Notes under the pieces: generated by a model
The model's input: only the letters and a program-made list of their open reading frames with translations
Told to the model about the DNA's origin: nothing
The model's database searches: none
Position numbers and translations under genes: made by a program
DNA from: Actinomycetes bacterium
Lineage (GTDB): Bacteria; Actinomycetota; Actinomycetes; Prado026
Assembly (NCBI GenBank): GCA_036510875.1
Contig: DATCDE010000111.1
Coordinates: 1 to 59,647 of the forward strand
DNA length: 59,647 nucleotides
Direction: 5' to 3'
In this document: positions 42,731 through 52,754 of the stretch, one piece after another
How the letters are laid out: each line of letters begins with the position of its first letter
How positions within the stretch are numbered: position 1 is the first letter of the stretch

Positions 42731-44326
42731 GGCCTTGATGGCGGCGATCCGGGTGGCGGCCGCGTCGCGGGCGGCCGCCAGCGACGCGCTGATCGGGACG
42801 ACGACCTCGAGGTAGGCCTTGAGCTTGGGCTCGGTGCCGGACGGCCGCACGACCACCCGCGCGCCGCCCTCGAGCTGCAGCCGCAGGCCGTCCGTCGGCG
42901 GCAGCCCGTCGACGCCCTGCGCGAGGTCGTCCATGGCTACCACGGCCCGCCCCCCGAGGGCCGACGGGGGTGCCGAGCGCAGCCGGTCCATGGCCGCGGT
43001 GATGACCGACAGGTCCTCGACCCGGACCGACAGCTGGTCGGTGGCGTGGACGCCGTAGCGCCGCTCCACGTCGTCCAGCACGTCCAGCAGGGTGCGGCCC
43101 TTCGCCCTCTGCTCGGCGGCCAGCTCGGCGACGAGCAGCGCGGCCGAGATGCCGTCCTTGTCCCGGACGCCGGCCGGGTCGACGCAGTACCCGAGCGCCT
43201 CCTCGTACCCGAACGCCAGCCCCTCGACGCGGGAGATCCACTTGAACCCGGTGAGGGTCTGCGCGAACCGGACCCCGCGGTCGGCCGCGATCGTGCCGAG
43301 CAGGGTCGAGGAGACGATCGAGCAGGCGAACGCCCCGGTGGCACCGCGGTCCAGCAGGTGGACGGCGAGCAGCGCGCCGACCTCGTCGCCGCGCAGCATC
43401 CGGTAGCCGCCGTCCGGCAGCGGGACGGCCACCGCGCAACGGTCGGCGTCCGGGTCGTTGGCGATCACCAGGTCCGCGCCCTTGGCTGCGGCCGCGGCCA
43501 GCGCGAGGTCCATCGCCCCCGGCTCCTCCGGGTTGGGGAAGGGGACGGTTGGGAAGTCCGGGTCCGGGTCGGCCTGCTCGGCGACCACGTGCACGTCGGT
43601 GAAACCGGCGCGGTGGAACGCCTCGACGGCCAGCGCCCGGCCCACCCCGTGCAGCGGCGTGTAGACGACCGACAGCTCCCGGGACCCGGCGGGCCGGACC
43701 AGCCCGGTCACCCGGGCAAGGTAGGCGTCGGCGACCTCGTCGCCGAGGGTGGTCCACTCCTCCCCGAGCGGCAGCTCGGACACCCGCCCCACCGCGTCGA
43801 TCGCCGCGGAGATCTCGGCGTCCGCGGGCGGCACGATCTGCGAGCCGTCCCCCAGGTAGACCTTGTAGCCGTTGTCCTGCGCCGGGTTGTGCGACGCGGT
43901 GACCATGACGCCGGCCGCGCAGCCGAGGTGACGGATCGCGAAGGCCAGCACCGGGGTCGGCAGCGGGTGCGGCAGCACCATGGCCGGGACCCCCGCCCCC
44001 TCCATCACGGCAGCCGTGTCGTGCGCGAACTCGTCGGACTTGTACCGGGCGTCATAGCCGACGACCACGGCGCCGTCCCCGTGCGCGCGGACGTATGCGG
44101 CCAGCCCGGCCGCGGTCCGCCGGACCACGGCGCGGTTCATCCGGTTCGGGCCGGCCCCCAGCGGCCCGCGCAGCCCGGCCGTGCCGAACTCCAGCCGGCC
44201 GTCGAACCGGTCGGCCAGCTCCTCGACCTCGTCGGCCACGAGCAGCGCCTCGAGCTCGGCCCTGGTGTCCTCGTCGGGGTCGTCGGCCAGCCAGGCGCGC
44301 GCCGTGTCGAACAGGTCGCCGCTCAT
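42704..44326 (-). CDS. Phospho-sugar mutase (alpha-D-phosphohexomutase superfamily; PmmB/phosphopentomutase-like by context)
   Basis: ATG 44326 with GAAGGAG upstream. FGTAGLRG...GVMVTASHNPAQDNGYKVY (active-site Ser)...DPDADR...RPSGTEPKLK. Confidence 0.92.
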   Translation of the reverse strand: MSGDLFDTARAWLADDPDEDTRAELEALLVADEVEELADRFDGRLEFGTAGLRGPLGAGPNRMNRAVVRRTAAGLAAYVRAHGDGAVVVGYDARYKSDEFAHDTAAVMEGAGVPAMVLPHPLPTPVLAFAIRHLGCAAGVMVTASHNPAQDNGYKVYLGDGSQIVPPADAEISAAIDAVGRVSELPLGEEWTTLGDEVADAYLARVTGLVRPAGSRELSVVYTPLHGVGRALAVEAFHRAGFTDVHVVAEQADPDPDFPTVPFPNPEEPGAMDLALAAAAAKGADLVIANDPDADRCAVAVPLPDGGYRMLRGDEVGALLAVHLLDRGATGAFACSIVSSTLLGTIAADRGVRFAQTLTGFKWISRVEGLAFGYEEALGYCVDPAGVRDKDGISAALLVAELAAEQRAKGRTLLDVLDDVERRYGVHATDQLSVRVEDLSVITAAMDRLRSAPPSALGGRAVVAMDDLAQGVDGLPPTDGLRLQLEGGARVVVRPSGTEPKLKAYLEVVVPISASLAAARDAAATRIAAIKADLQSNLSG

Positions 44327-44348
44327 CGCTGCTCCTTCCAGGGGGTGG

Positions 44349-45152
44349 TCACAGCTGACGTACGAGCTGCGCGAGCAGCTCGCCCATGCGGGTCGCGGCG
44401 GCCTGGCCCGCCGCCAGCACCTCCGCGTGGTCCAGCGGCTGGCCGGACAGCCCGGCGGCCAGGTTGGTGACCAGCGAGATCCCGAGGACCTCCACCCCTG
44501 CCTCCCTGGCCGCGATGGCCTCCAGCGCGGTCGACATCCCGACGAGCGACCCGCCGACGGCCGCCACCATCCGGATCTCGGCCGGGGTCTCGTAGTGCGG
44601 GCCGGGGAACTGCGCGTAGACGCCCTCGGGCAGCGTCGGGTCGATGGAGCGGCACAGGGCACGCAGCCGGGCCGAGTAAAGGTCGGTGAGATCGACGAAC
44701 CGCGCCCCCTCGAGGGGGGAGCGACCGGTCAGGTTGAGGTGGTCGCTGATCAGGACCGGGGTGCCGGGCGTCCAGCTCGGGTCCAGCCCGCCGCACCCGT
44801 TGGTGAGCACGACCGTGCGGCAGCCGGCCGCCGCAGCGGTCCGCACGCCGTGCACGACGGCGGCGGGGCCGCGGCCCTCGTACAGGTGGGTGCGGCCCAG
44901 GAACACCAGCAGCCGCCGGTCGTCGGCGGTCACCGAGCGGACCCGTCCGGCGTGCCCCTCGACGGCGGGCGGGGCGAACCCGGGCAGGTCGGTCACGGGC
45001 AGGTCGACGACGGTGCGGCCGAGCAGGTCGGCCGCGGGCACCCAGCCGGAGCCGAGCACGACGGCGACGTCATGCGTGGGCGATCCGGTCCGCGCGGCCA
45101 GCACCTCGGCGGCTGCGGCCGCCTCGGCGTACGGGTCCGCTGGATCGCTCAC
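44349..45152 (-). CDS. punA: Purine nucleoside phosphorylase (trimeric PNP family)
   Basis: VAVVLGSGW...GHAGR...[10 protein letters not shown]...[10 protein letters not shown]...GPHYETPAE...[13 protein letters not shown]. Confidence 0.93.
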   Translation of the reverse strand: MSDPADPYAEAAAAAEVLAARTGSPTHDVAVVLGSGWVPAADLLGRTVVDLPVTDLPGFAPPAVEGHAGRVRSVTADDRRLLVFLGRTHLYEGRGPAAVVHGVRTAAAAGCRTVVLTNGCGGLDPSWTPGTPVLISDHLNLTGRSPLEGARFVDLTDLYSARLRALCRSIDPTLPEGVYAQFPGPHYETPAEIRMVAAVGGSLVGMSTALEAIAAREAGVEVLGISLVTNLAAGLSGQPLDHAEVLAAGQAAATRMGELLAQLVRQL

Positions 45153-45185
45153 CTGCCGGACGCTACCGCGCGCCGGACGACGTCG

Positions 45186-45638
45186 TCAGGGACCTACGGA
45201 CTGGCACGGCCGGGCCCGCAGGTCGGCCACGTAGTCGGCGGGAGCGGCGGCGGCCTCGGCGGCGTCGGCCATGATGCCCAGGTAACGCGCCGACGGTAGG
45301 CCGCCCTCGTAGTCGTCCAGCACGTACAGCCAGGCCAGCGCCTCGCCGTCCAGGGTCTGCACCCGGACCCGGATCTTGCGGTACAGACCCAGCTCGGCGC
45401 CCTCCCAGAAGTCCAGCTCGCGCTCGTCGGCCGCAGTGACGTCGTAGAGCATGACGAACACCTGGCTGCCCGGTTCCTCGACCACGGTGGCCAGCGCGCC
45501 CTCCCAGCCGCTGTCCTCCCCGCCGAAGGTGAGCCGCCAGCCGACCAGCCAGCCGGTGCCGGCCGGCGGCGAGTGCGGCGCCCGGTCCCCCATCTGGGCC
45601 GGATCGAGGTTGCTGCCGTAGGCGGCGTACAGGGCCAT
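45186..45638 (-). CDS. Gamma-glutamylcyclotransferase (AIG2/GGCT-like) family protein
   Basis: ATG 45638: MALYAAYGSNLDPAQM (YGSN motif)...ATVVEEPGSQVFVMLYDV...E..YRK. Confidence 0.75.
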   Translation of the reverse strand: MALYAAYGSNLDPAQMGDRAPHSPPAGTGWLVGWRLTFGGEDSGWEGALATVVEEPGSQVFVMLYDVTAADERELDFWEGAELGLYRKIRVRVQTLDGEALAWLYVLDDYEGGLPSARYLGIMADAAEAAAAPADYVADLRARPCQSVGP

Positions 45639-45699
45639 GGCCCAGCAGCCTAGGGCTCCACCTGGCGGCGCCTTCGGCGCCGTGCGGGAGAATGCCGAG

Positions 45700-47088
45700 A
45701 TGACCCGAGTGGCGATCATCGGCGGCGGACCCGGCGGGTACGAGGCGGCCCTGGTGGCCGCGCAGCTCGGCGCCGAGGTGACGGTGGTCGACAGGGACGG
45801 CGCCGGCGGCTCCTGCGTGCTCACCGACTGCGTGCCCAGCAAGACCCTCGCGGCGACGGCCGAGGTCATGATCGAGGCGCGCGACAGCGCCGAGCTGGGG
45901 GTCCGGTTCGGCCCGGCCCCCGCGACCGGCGCCGGCCTTTCGGTCGACCTGGCCGCGGTCAACGCGCGGGTCAAGCGGTTGGCCCAGGCCCAGTCGGACG
46001 ACGTGCTGGCCAGCGTCCGGCAGGAGGGCGTGCGCTGGGTCGAGGGCACCGGGCGGCTGGCCTCGTCGTCACAGGTGGTCGCCGACCTCGTGGGCGGCGG
46101 CACCGAGACCGTCGAGGCGGACGTCGTGCTGGTGGCGACCGGGGCGCACCCGCGGGTGCTCCCGGACGCCGTGCCGGACGGGGAGCGGATCCTCAGCTGG
46201 GAGCAGGTCTACGACCTCGACGAGCTGCCGCGGCGGCTGGTGGTGGTGGGCTCAGGGGTGACCGGCGCCGAGTTCGCCTCCGCGTACCAGGCGCTCGGCT
46301 CGCAGGTCGTGCTGGTGTCCTCCCGGGAGCGGGTGCTGCCCGGGGAGGACCCGGACGCCGCCCGGGTGCTCGAGGACGTGTTCCGCCGGCGCGGCATGGA
46401 GGTGCTCTCCCGGTCGCGGGCCACCTCGGTGCGGCGGACAGGCGACGGCGTCGTCGTCGCCCTGGCCGACGGGCGGACCGTCGGGGGGTCGCACTGCCTG
46501 CTCGCCGTGGGCTCGGTGCCCAACACCGAGGGGCTCGGCCTCGAGGAGGCCGGCGTCCGGCTGGGCAGTGGTGGGTTCGTCGAGGTGGACCGGGTGTCTC
46601 GCACCTCGGCCCGCGGGGTCTACGCGGCCGGCGACTGCACCGGGGTGCTCATGCTCGCGTCGGTGGCCGCGATGCAGGGCCGGATCGCGATGTGGCACGC
46701 GCTCGGCGACGCCGTCACCCCGCTGGACCGCAGCACGATCTCCTCGAACGTCTTCACCGAGCCGGAGATCGCGACCGTCGGGGTCACCCAGGCCGACGTC
46801 GACGCCGGCCGGATCAACGCCGTGGTCGCGCACCTGCCGCTGGCGACCAACGCGCGGGCCAAGATGCAGGGTATCCACGAGGGGTTCGTGAAGGTCTTCG
46901 CGCGGTCGAGCACCCGCATCGTCGTCGGCGGCGTGGTGGTGGCACCGCGGGCCAGCGAGCTGGTGCACCCGCTCACGCTGGCCGTCGAGCAGCGGCTCAC
47001 GGTGGACGAGGTGGCGCAGACCTTCACGGTCTACCCGTCGTTGTCCGGCTCGGTGGCCGAGGCGGCCCGCCAGCTGCACCGGTCCTGA
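45700..47088 (+). CDS. lpdA: Flavoprotein disulfide reductase / NAD(P)H dehydrogenase (LpdA Rv3303c-like)
   Basis: RVAIIGGGPGGYEAAL (FAD), GGSCVLTDCVPSK (CxxxxC), VVVGSGVTGAEFA (NAD), AAGDC, C-terminal dimerisation domain. Confidence 0.88.
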   Translation: MTRVAIIGGGPGGYEAALVAAQLGAEVTVVDRDGAGGSCVLTDCVPSKTLAATAEVMIEARDSAELGVRFGPAPATGAGLSVDLAAVNARVKRLAQAQSDDVLASVRQEGVRWVEGTGRLASSSQVVADLVGGGTETVEADVVLVATGAHPRVLPDAVPDGERILSWEQVYDLDELPRRLVVVGSGVTGAEFASAYQALGSQVVLVSSRERVLPGEDPDAARVLEDVFRRRGMEVLSRSRATSVRRTGDGVVVALADGRTVGGSHCLLAVGSVPNTEGLGLEEAGVRLGSGGFVEVDRVSRTSARGVYAAGDCTGVLMLASVAAMQGRIAMWHALGDAVTPLDRSTISSNVFTEPEIATVGVTQADVDAGRINAVVAHLPLATNARAKMQGIHEGFVKVFARSSTRIVVGGVVVAPRASELVHPLTLAVEQRLTVDEVAQTFTVYPSLSGSVAEAARQLHRS

Positions 47089-47113
47089 CCGCTGTCGGAG
47101 GGCCTCCGGTCAG
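47085..47113. terminator. Short hairpin between the convergent lpdA and accA3 genes, with both stop codons in the arms
   Basis: CTGACCG (47085-47091) / CGGTCAG (47107-47113), with inner CGGAGG/CCTCCG pairing. TGA 47086-47088 and TCA 47110-47112 are the two stops. Confidence 0.35.
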
Positions 47114-48870
47114 TCCTTGATCTCGCAGAGCACGGTGCCGCTGGCGACGGTGACGCCCACCTCGGCGTTGAGCGAGACGATGGTGCCGGCCCGGTGCGCG
47201 TTCAGCGGCTGCTCCATCTTCATGGCCTCGAGGACCACGACCAGGTCGCCGGCCGCGACCTGCTGGCCCTCCTCCACCGCGATCTTGACGATGGTGCCCT
47301 GCATGGGGCTGGTGAGGGAGTCACCGGAGGCCGCCGCCCCAGCCTTGCCGCCGGTGCGGCGCTTCGGGGCGCGCCCGGCCGGAGCGGCCGCGGAGCGGGT
47401 GCCCATGCCCAGCCCGGCGGGGAGCACCACCTCGAGCCGGCGACCCCCCACCTCGACGGTGACGCGCTCCCGGGCGACGGGCTCCTCGGGCTCGGCCGCC
47501 TCGCCCGCGTAGGGCGCCACGGTGTTGACCCACCCGGTCTCGATCCAGCGGGTGTGCACCCGGAACGGGGTGTCGTCGTCGGTGGCGAACGCCGGGTCCT
47601 CGACCACGGCCCGGTGGAACGGGAGCACCGTGGGCATGCCCTCGACCTCGAACTCGGCCAGCGCCCGGCGGGCCCGCTCCAGGGCCTGCCGGCGGTCCGC
47701 CCCCGTGACGATCAGCTTGGCCAGCAGCGAGTCGAACGACTGCGGGACGGTGGCCCCCTCCTCGTACCCGGTGTCGACCCGGACGCCGGGCCCGCTCGGC
47801 AGCCGCAGCCGGGAGATGGTGCCCGGGGCGGGCAGGAAGTTGCGGCCGGCGTCCTCGCCGTTGATCCGGAACTCGATCGAGTGGCCGCGCAGCACGGGGT
47901 CGTCGAAGCCGAGCGCCTCGCCGTCGGCGATGCGGAACATCTCCCGCACCAGGTCGATGCCGGAGACCTCCTCGGTCACCGGGTGCTCGACCTGCAGCCG
48001 GGTGTTCACCTCGAGGAAGGACACCGTGCCGTCCTGGCCCACGAGGAACTCGCAGGTTCCGGCGCCGACATACCCGGCCTCCCGCAGGATCGCCTTGGAC
48101 GCCGAGTAGATCCGGTCGTGCTGCTCGGGCGTGAGGTAGGGCGCCGGGGCCTCCTCCACCAGCTTCTGGTTGCGCCGCTGCAGCGAGCAGTCGCGGGTCG
48201 AGACCACCACGACGTTCCCGTGCCGGTCGGCCAGGCACTGGGTCTCGACGTGGCGGGGCTGGTCGAGGAACCGCTCGACGAAGCACTCGCCGCGGCCGAA
48301 GGCGGTGACCGCCTCGCGGACCGCGGACTCGTACAGCTCGGGGATCTCCTCGAGGGTGCGCGCGACCTTAAGCCCGCGCCCCCCGCCGCCGAAGGCCGCC
48401 TTGATCGCCACCGGGAGACCGTGCTCCTGGGCGAACGCCACCACCTCGTCGGCCCCCGTGACCGGGTCCGCGGTGCCGGGCACCAGGGGCGCCCCCACCT
48501 GATGGGCGATGTGCCGGGCCCGCACCTTGTCGCCGAGCGCCTCGATGGCCGCCGCCGGCGGTCCGATCCAGATCAGGCCGGCGTCGGCCACCGCCTGGGC
48601 GAAGTGCGCGTTCTCGGCGAGGAACCCGTACCCGGGGTGCACCGCGTCGGCCCCGGTGCGGGCCGCGACGTCGAGCAGCTTGGGCATGTCCAGGTAGGTC
48701 TCACCGGGGGTCTCGCCGCCGAGCGCGAACGCCTCGTCGGCCACCCGTACGTGCAGCGCGTCGCGGTCCTGGTCGGAGTACACGGCGACGCTGGCGATCC
48801 CCGCGTCACGGCAGGCCCGCGCGATGCGGACCGCGATCTCGCCGCGGTTGGCGATCAGCACCTTGCGCAC
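47110..48870 (-). CDS. accA3: Acetyl/propionyl-CoA carboxylase alpha subunit (biotin carboxylase + BCCP)
   Basis: GTG 48870 after [27 protein letters not shown]...ATP-grasp...[14 protein letters not shown]...[12 protein letters not shown] (biotinyl-Lys). Confidence 0.96.
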   Translation of the reverse strand: MRKVLIANRGEIAVRIARACRDAGIASVAVYSDQDRDALHVRVADEAFALGGETPGETYLDMPKLLDVAARTGADAVHPGYGFLAENAHFAQAVADAGLIWIGPPAAAIEALGDKVRARHIAHQVGAPLVPGTADPVTGADEVVAFAQEHGLPVAIKAAFGGGGRGLKVARTLEEIPELYESAVREAVTAFGRGECFVERFLDQPRHVETQCLADRHGNVVVVSTRDCSLQRRNQKLVEEAPAPYLTPEQHDRIYSASKAILREAGYVGAGTCEFLVGQDGTVSFLEVNTRLQVEHPVTEEVSGIDLVREMFRIADGEALGFDDPVLRGHSIEFRINGEDAGRNFLPAPGTISRLRLPSGPGVRVDTGYEEGATVPQSFDSLLAKLIVTGADRRQALERARRALAEFEVEGMPTVLPFHRAVVEDPAFATDDDTPFRVHTRWIETGWVNTVAPYAGEAAEPEEPVARERVTVEVGGRRLEVVLPAGLGMGTRSAAAPAGRAPKRRTGGKAGAAASGDSLTSPMQGTIVKIAVEEGQQVAAGDLVVVLEAMKMEQPLNAHRAGTIVSLNAEVGVTVASGTVLCEIKD

Positions 48871-48920
48871 GGGGAGTCCTCCTCCGGCCGACGATGACTC
48901 GCAGTCTAGGGGGCCGCCCC

Positions 48921-50486
48921 TCACCGGTTGAGCCGGTGGTACATCCCCTTCAACCGCCCGTAGAGCTTGGTGAACTCCTGGTACATCGGCTCGTAGACCG
49001 CGTGCGCAGCCGGGTCGGGGTCGAACCCCTGGACGCCCGGCACCCGCTCCGGCACCTCCTCGAACCGGACCCGGCCCAGTGCCACCAGGGCGTGCATGGC
49101 GGCCCCCCGCAGCTGAGCACCCGCGGGGTCGGCCACCCGCTCCACCCGGCGGCCGAGCACGTCGGCATGGATCTGGCACCACAGGTCCGACTGGGCGCCG
49201 CCGCCGAGCACCCGGAGCGGGTCCAGCCGGTGCTTGGTGAACCGGTCGGCCACCTCCGCCAGCCAGCGCAGGTTGAACGCGACCCCTTCCAGCACCGCCC
49301 GGACGAAGTCAGCCTGGTCGGTGTCCATGGACACGTTGAGGAATGCCGCGCGCAGCCGGCGGTCGTCGACCGGCGAGCGCTCGCCCTTCAGCCACGGCGT
49401 GAAGATCACCCCACCGGCGCCGACCGGCGACCGGGCGGCGAGGGCGACCAGGTCGTCGTAGCTGGGGTTCCAGTCCGGCCCGAACCCGGCCGGGTTCCCG
49501 ATCACGCCGTCCCTGATCCACTGCAGGCACACGCCGGCAGTCTCGTGGTTGTTGATCAGCACGTACTGCCCGGGGCGGATCCCCGGAACGGACGCGATCT
49601 GGTGCAGGACGTCGGTTTTCTTGTCGGGGACCGCGCAGGACACCCACGACGTCGTCCCGATGGTGAAGTGCGCGGCGTAGTCCTCGACCGCGCCGGACGC
49701 CAGGTAGGCGCTGTGCAGGTCGGGGACGCCGGTGACCACGGGAACCGAGGCCGGGAGCCCGAGCTGGGCGGCCGCCTCGGGTGAGATCCCGCCCAGCACC
49801 GACCCGGAGGGCAGCAGCTCGGGCAGCCGGTCGAGGTCCCGGCCGGCCCGGCGGACCAGCTCGGGCACGTACCGCAGCGGGGCGCCCTTCCTGTTGTCGG
49901 TGAGCCAGGACGCGACCATGGACGCGGGGGTCGCCGCGGCCCGGCCGGTGAACCGCAGCCCGAGGTAGTCCACCGGCTCGAGCAGCGTCGCGGTCCGGGC
50001 GTACCGCTCGGGCTGGCTGTGCTTGAGGAACAGCGCGTGCCCACTGGGGTCCGCACCGCCGGGGGACGGGGCGCCACCGGTGTAGCGCAGCCAGGACAGC
50101 ACGGCCTGGGGCCGGTAGCCCGCGGCCGGGCCGCCGAACGCCTGCTTGGCCAGCGGCCCGCCCCGGTCGTCGGCCCAGACCAGGCAGGGTCCGACCGCGT
50201 TCCCGTCGTGGTCCACCGGGACCGTCGAGGCGTACTGGCCGGCGATCCCGACGGCCACCAGGTCGGCCGGGTCGGCCACCGCGGTGCCGCCGCCGGTCAG
50301 CTCGTGCGCGGCCGCCACGATGCCGTCCCACCACTGCTCGGGGTCCTGCTCCACCGCGCCGTCCGGGCCGAGCACGGTGTCCAGGTCGCGGTGGGTGCGG
50401 CCCAGGATCTCGCCGGTCTCGGCGACGGCGCCGACCTTCAGCCCGCTGGTCCCCAGGTCGACCGCGAGCACCCAAGGAGTCGGCAC
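48921..50486 (-). CDS. FGGY-family carbohydrate kinase (xylulokinase-like, substrate unknown)
   Basis: [17 protein letters not shown]...EQDPEQWW...FTIGTTSW...[19 protein letters not shown]. The GTG start directly abuts the upstream gene's TGA. Confidence 0.88.
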   Translation of the reverse strand: MPTPWVLAVDLGTSGLKVGAVAETGEILGRTHRDLDTVLGPDGAVEQDPEQWWDGIVAAAHELTGGGTAVADPADLVAVGIAGQYASTVPVDHDGNAVGPCLVWADDRGGPLAKQAFGGPAAGYRPQAVLSWLRYTGGAPSPGGADPSGHALFLKHSQPERYARTATLLEPVDYLGLRFTGRAAATPASMVASWLTDNRKGAPLRYVPELVRRAGRDLDRLPELLPSGSVLGGISPEAAAQLGLPASVPVVTGVPDLHSAYLASGAVEDYAAHFTIGTTSWVSCAVPDKKTDVLHQIASVPGIRPGQYVLINNHETAGVCLQWIRDGVIGNPAGFGPDWNPSYDDLVALAARSPVGAGGVIFTPWLKGERSPVDDRRLRAAFLNVSMDTDQADFVRAVLEGVAFNLRWLAEVADRFTKHRLDPLRVLGGGAQSDLWCQIHADVLGRRVERVADPAGAQLRGAAMHALVALGRVRFEEVPERVPGVQGFDPDPAAHAVYEPMYQEFTKLYGRLKGMYHRLNR

Positions 50487-51923
50487 TCAGCCCGCCGTCG
50501 GCTCGGGCCCGCTGGGCGCCGGGACGGCGTACATCGCGTCCAGCGCCCCGGACAGCAGGAAGTTCACCCCGGCGTTGCCCGCGGGCGACCCGGCCATGCC
50601 GTACAGGGCGCCGCTGCTCGCGGCCTCGCCGGCGTGGGCCTTCGCGTAGGCCACCCCGTCGGCGAGGTCTCGGGCGAACTCCTCGGCGATCCCGGGCCGG
50701 GTGTTCGGCCGGGTCACGCAAAAGTGCAGCCCCGCCGGCAGTTGGTCCGGGTTGAGCCGCCAGCCCCTGCTGATCAGGTAGTCGTTGACCAGGAAGACGT
50801 CCACCGACTCGTCGGCCGACCCGAACGCCACCAGGAAGGTCGGGTCGTCGCCGTAGACGCGCAGCTCGGGCTGGGCCTCGACCGCGGCTCGGATCCGCTG
50901 CGCGGTGTCGTAGATCGCGGCGGCGGACTCCAGGTACCCCTGCTCGCCGGTGGTCAGCAGCGCGGCCCAGGTCGCCGCGATGATCCCGCCGGACCGGCTG
51001 CCGGACATGCCTGGGGAGATGTACATGCCGCCCGGCCAGTCCGGGAAGGTGAAATACTGGTACCGGCGCAGAGTGTCGTTGCGGTACAGCAGCACCGAGG
51101 TGCCCTTGAGCGCGTACCCGAACTTGTGGGTGTCCGCCGACATCGAGGTGACCCCGGGGACCCGGAAGTCGAACGGCGGCAGCGGGTGGCCCAGCCGCTC
51201 GATCCAGGGCAGCACGAAACCGCCGAGGCAGCCGTCCATGTGCAGGCCGAGGTCGTGCTCGACGGCCAGCGCGCCGAGCTCCTCGATCGGGTCGATCAGG
51301 CCGTACGGGTAGGAGCCGGCCGAGCCGACGAGGGCCACCGTGTTCTCGGTGATGTGGTCGCGCACCCAGTCGACGTCCACCAGGAAGTTCGGCAGCAGCG
51401 GGGCGCGCAGCAGCGTGATGCCGAAGTAGTGGCAGGCCTTGTCCAGGGCCACGTGCGCGGAGTTCGGGATGATCACCTCGGGGGCGGTGATGCCCTTCTC
51501 GGCCCGGCCGCGCTCCCGGTAGACCAGCATCGGGTTCATCAGGCTCTCGGTGCCGCCGGAGGTCAGCACGCCGACCGTTCCCGTGTCGCCATGAAGCATC
51601 GCCGCGGTCATGGCGACGATCTCGCCCTCGAACTTCGTCGAGCTGGGGTACATGTCCCGCTGCAGCACGTTGGCGTGCGCGAACGACTCGAACACCTCGG
51701 TGAGGAAGTGGTACTGGTCGTGGTCGCCGAGGTAGAGCGAGCCGGAGACCTTGCCGCTGTCCCCCTGGGCGTCCTCCTCGGCGGCCAGCGTGCGCACCAC
51801 GTCGAGCACCTGCTCGCGGGGCATCGGCTGCGCGGGAATGCTCCGGTGGGCGCGGTAGCGGTCGCGGTACGGGTAGAACGACGCCAGCAGCTCCTGGATC
51901 TGCTCGGCGGTCAGCTCGGCCAT
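50487..51923 (-). CDS. PLP-dependent group II decarboxylase-fold enzyme, sphingosine-1-phosphate-lyase-like
   Basis: ...SGSLYLGDHDQYHFLTEVFESFAHANVLQRDMYPSSTKFEGEIV...TSGGTESL...MSADTHKFGYALKGTSVLLYR (PLP Lys context typical of SPL/Dpl1-type lyases). Confidence 0.85.
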   Translation of the reverse strand: MAELTAEQIQELLASFYPYRDRYRAHRSIPAQPMPREQVLDVVRTLAAEEDAQGDSGKVSGSLYLGDHDQYHFLTEVFESFAHANVLQRDMYPSSTKFEGEIVAMTAAMLHGDTGTVGVLTSGGTESLMNPMLVYRERGRAEKGITAPEVIIPNSAHVALDKACHYFGITLLRAPLLPNFLVDVDWVRDHITENTVALVGSAGSYPYGLIDPIEELGALAVEHDLGLHMDGCLGGFVLPWIERLGHPLPPFDFRVPGVTSMSADTHKFGYALKGTSVLLYRNDTLRRYQYFTFPDWPGGMYISPGMSGSRSGGIIAATWAALLTTGEQGYLESAAAIYDTAQRIRAAVEAQPELRVYGDDPTFLVAFGSADESVDVFLVNDYLISRGWRLNPDQLPAGLHFCVTRPNTRPGIAEEFARDLADGVAYAKAHAGEAASSGALYGMAGSPAGNAGVNFLLSGALDAMYAVPAPSGPEPTAG

Positions 51924-51957
51924 GGTGATCTCCTCCTCTTGGGGGACGGCGGCCAGC

Positions 51958-52548
51958 CTAGGGCTGCCACAGGTCGGTCACCCGGACATCGACGTCGGCG
52001 AACAGCCGGCGCAGCAGCGGCAGCGACAGGCCGACCACCGTGCCGGGGTCACCGTCCACGCCGTCGACGAACCAGCCGCCCAGACCGTCGATGGTGAACG
52101 CGCCCGCGACGGCGAGCGGCTCGCCGGTGGCCACGTAGGCAGCCAGCTCCGCGTCGTCGGGACTGCCGAAGCGCACCGTCGTGCCCGCGACGTCGCCGAC
52201 CTCCAGGCCGGTCGTCGTGTCCACGACGCAGTGGCCGGTCACCAGCACCCCGGTCCGTCCGCTCATGGACCGCCACCTGGCCATCGCGTCGTCCGGGTCG
52301 GTCGGCTTGCCCAAGGTCCGCCCGTCGATGTCGAGCACCGAGTCGCAGCCGATCACCAGGGCACCGGGTCCGACCGTGGCCGCGACGGCGCGGGCCTTGC
52401 GGCGGGCCAGCTCGAGCGCGACGTGGGCGGGCACCCCCGTGACGTCGTCCTCGGGCACGCCGCTGACCAGCACGTCGGGATCGAGACCGGCGGCGCGCAG
52501 GGTGCGCAGCCGGGCCGGGGAGGCCGAGGCCAGGACGACTCTGGTCAC
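51958..52548 (-). CDS. maf: Maf-like nucleoside triphosphate pyrophosphatase
   Basis: [19 protein letters not shown]...VIGCDSVL...GKP...[14 protein letters not shown] 52548 forms a GTGA overlap with the accE5 stop. GTG 52572 is an alternative. Confidence 0.88.
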   Translation of the reverse strand: MTRVVLASASPARLRTLRAAGLDPDVLVSGVPEDDVTGVPAHVALELARRKARAVAATVGPGALVIGCDSVLDIDGRTLGKPTDPDDAMARWRSMSGRTGVLVTGHCVVDTTTGLEVGDVAGTTVRFGSPDDAELAAYVATGEPLAVAGAFTIDGLGGWFVDGVDGDPGTVVGLSLPLLRRLFADVDVRVTDLWQP

Positions 52549-52754
52549 TGCGGGAGGCTCGCGGTCCGCCACGCCCCCGGACCGTGCTGGACCGGTGCGT
52601 GCACGCTGCGCGCCCGGTCCCGCCAGGGGGACGCCGCTGGGGCGTCCCCCGTCCCCGCGCCGGCCGCGCTGGCGGCCAGCACGGCGAGCAGGGCGGCCAG
52701 CTCGGTGTCGTCCGGCTCGCCGCGGACCACCCGCAGGAGCGGCGCGTCGCTCAC
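52545..52754 (-). CDS. accE5: Acyl-CoA carboxylase epsilon subunit
   Basis: 69 aa: [28 protein letters not shown]... It overlaps the accD5 stop (GTGA). Position between accD5 and maf matches mycobacteria. Confidence 0.75.
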   Translation of the reverse strand: MSDAPLLRVVRGEPDDTELAALLAVLAASAAGAGTGDAPAASPWRDRARSVHAPVQHGPGAWRTASLPQ

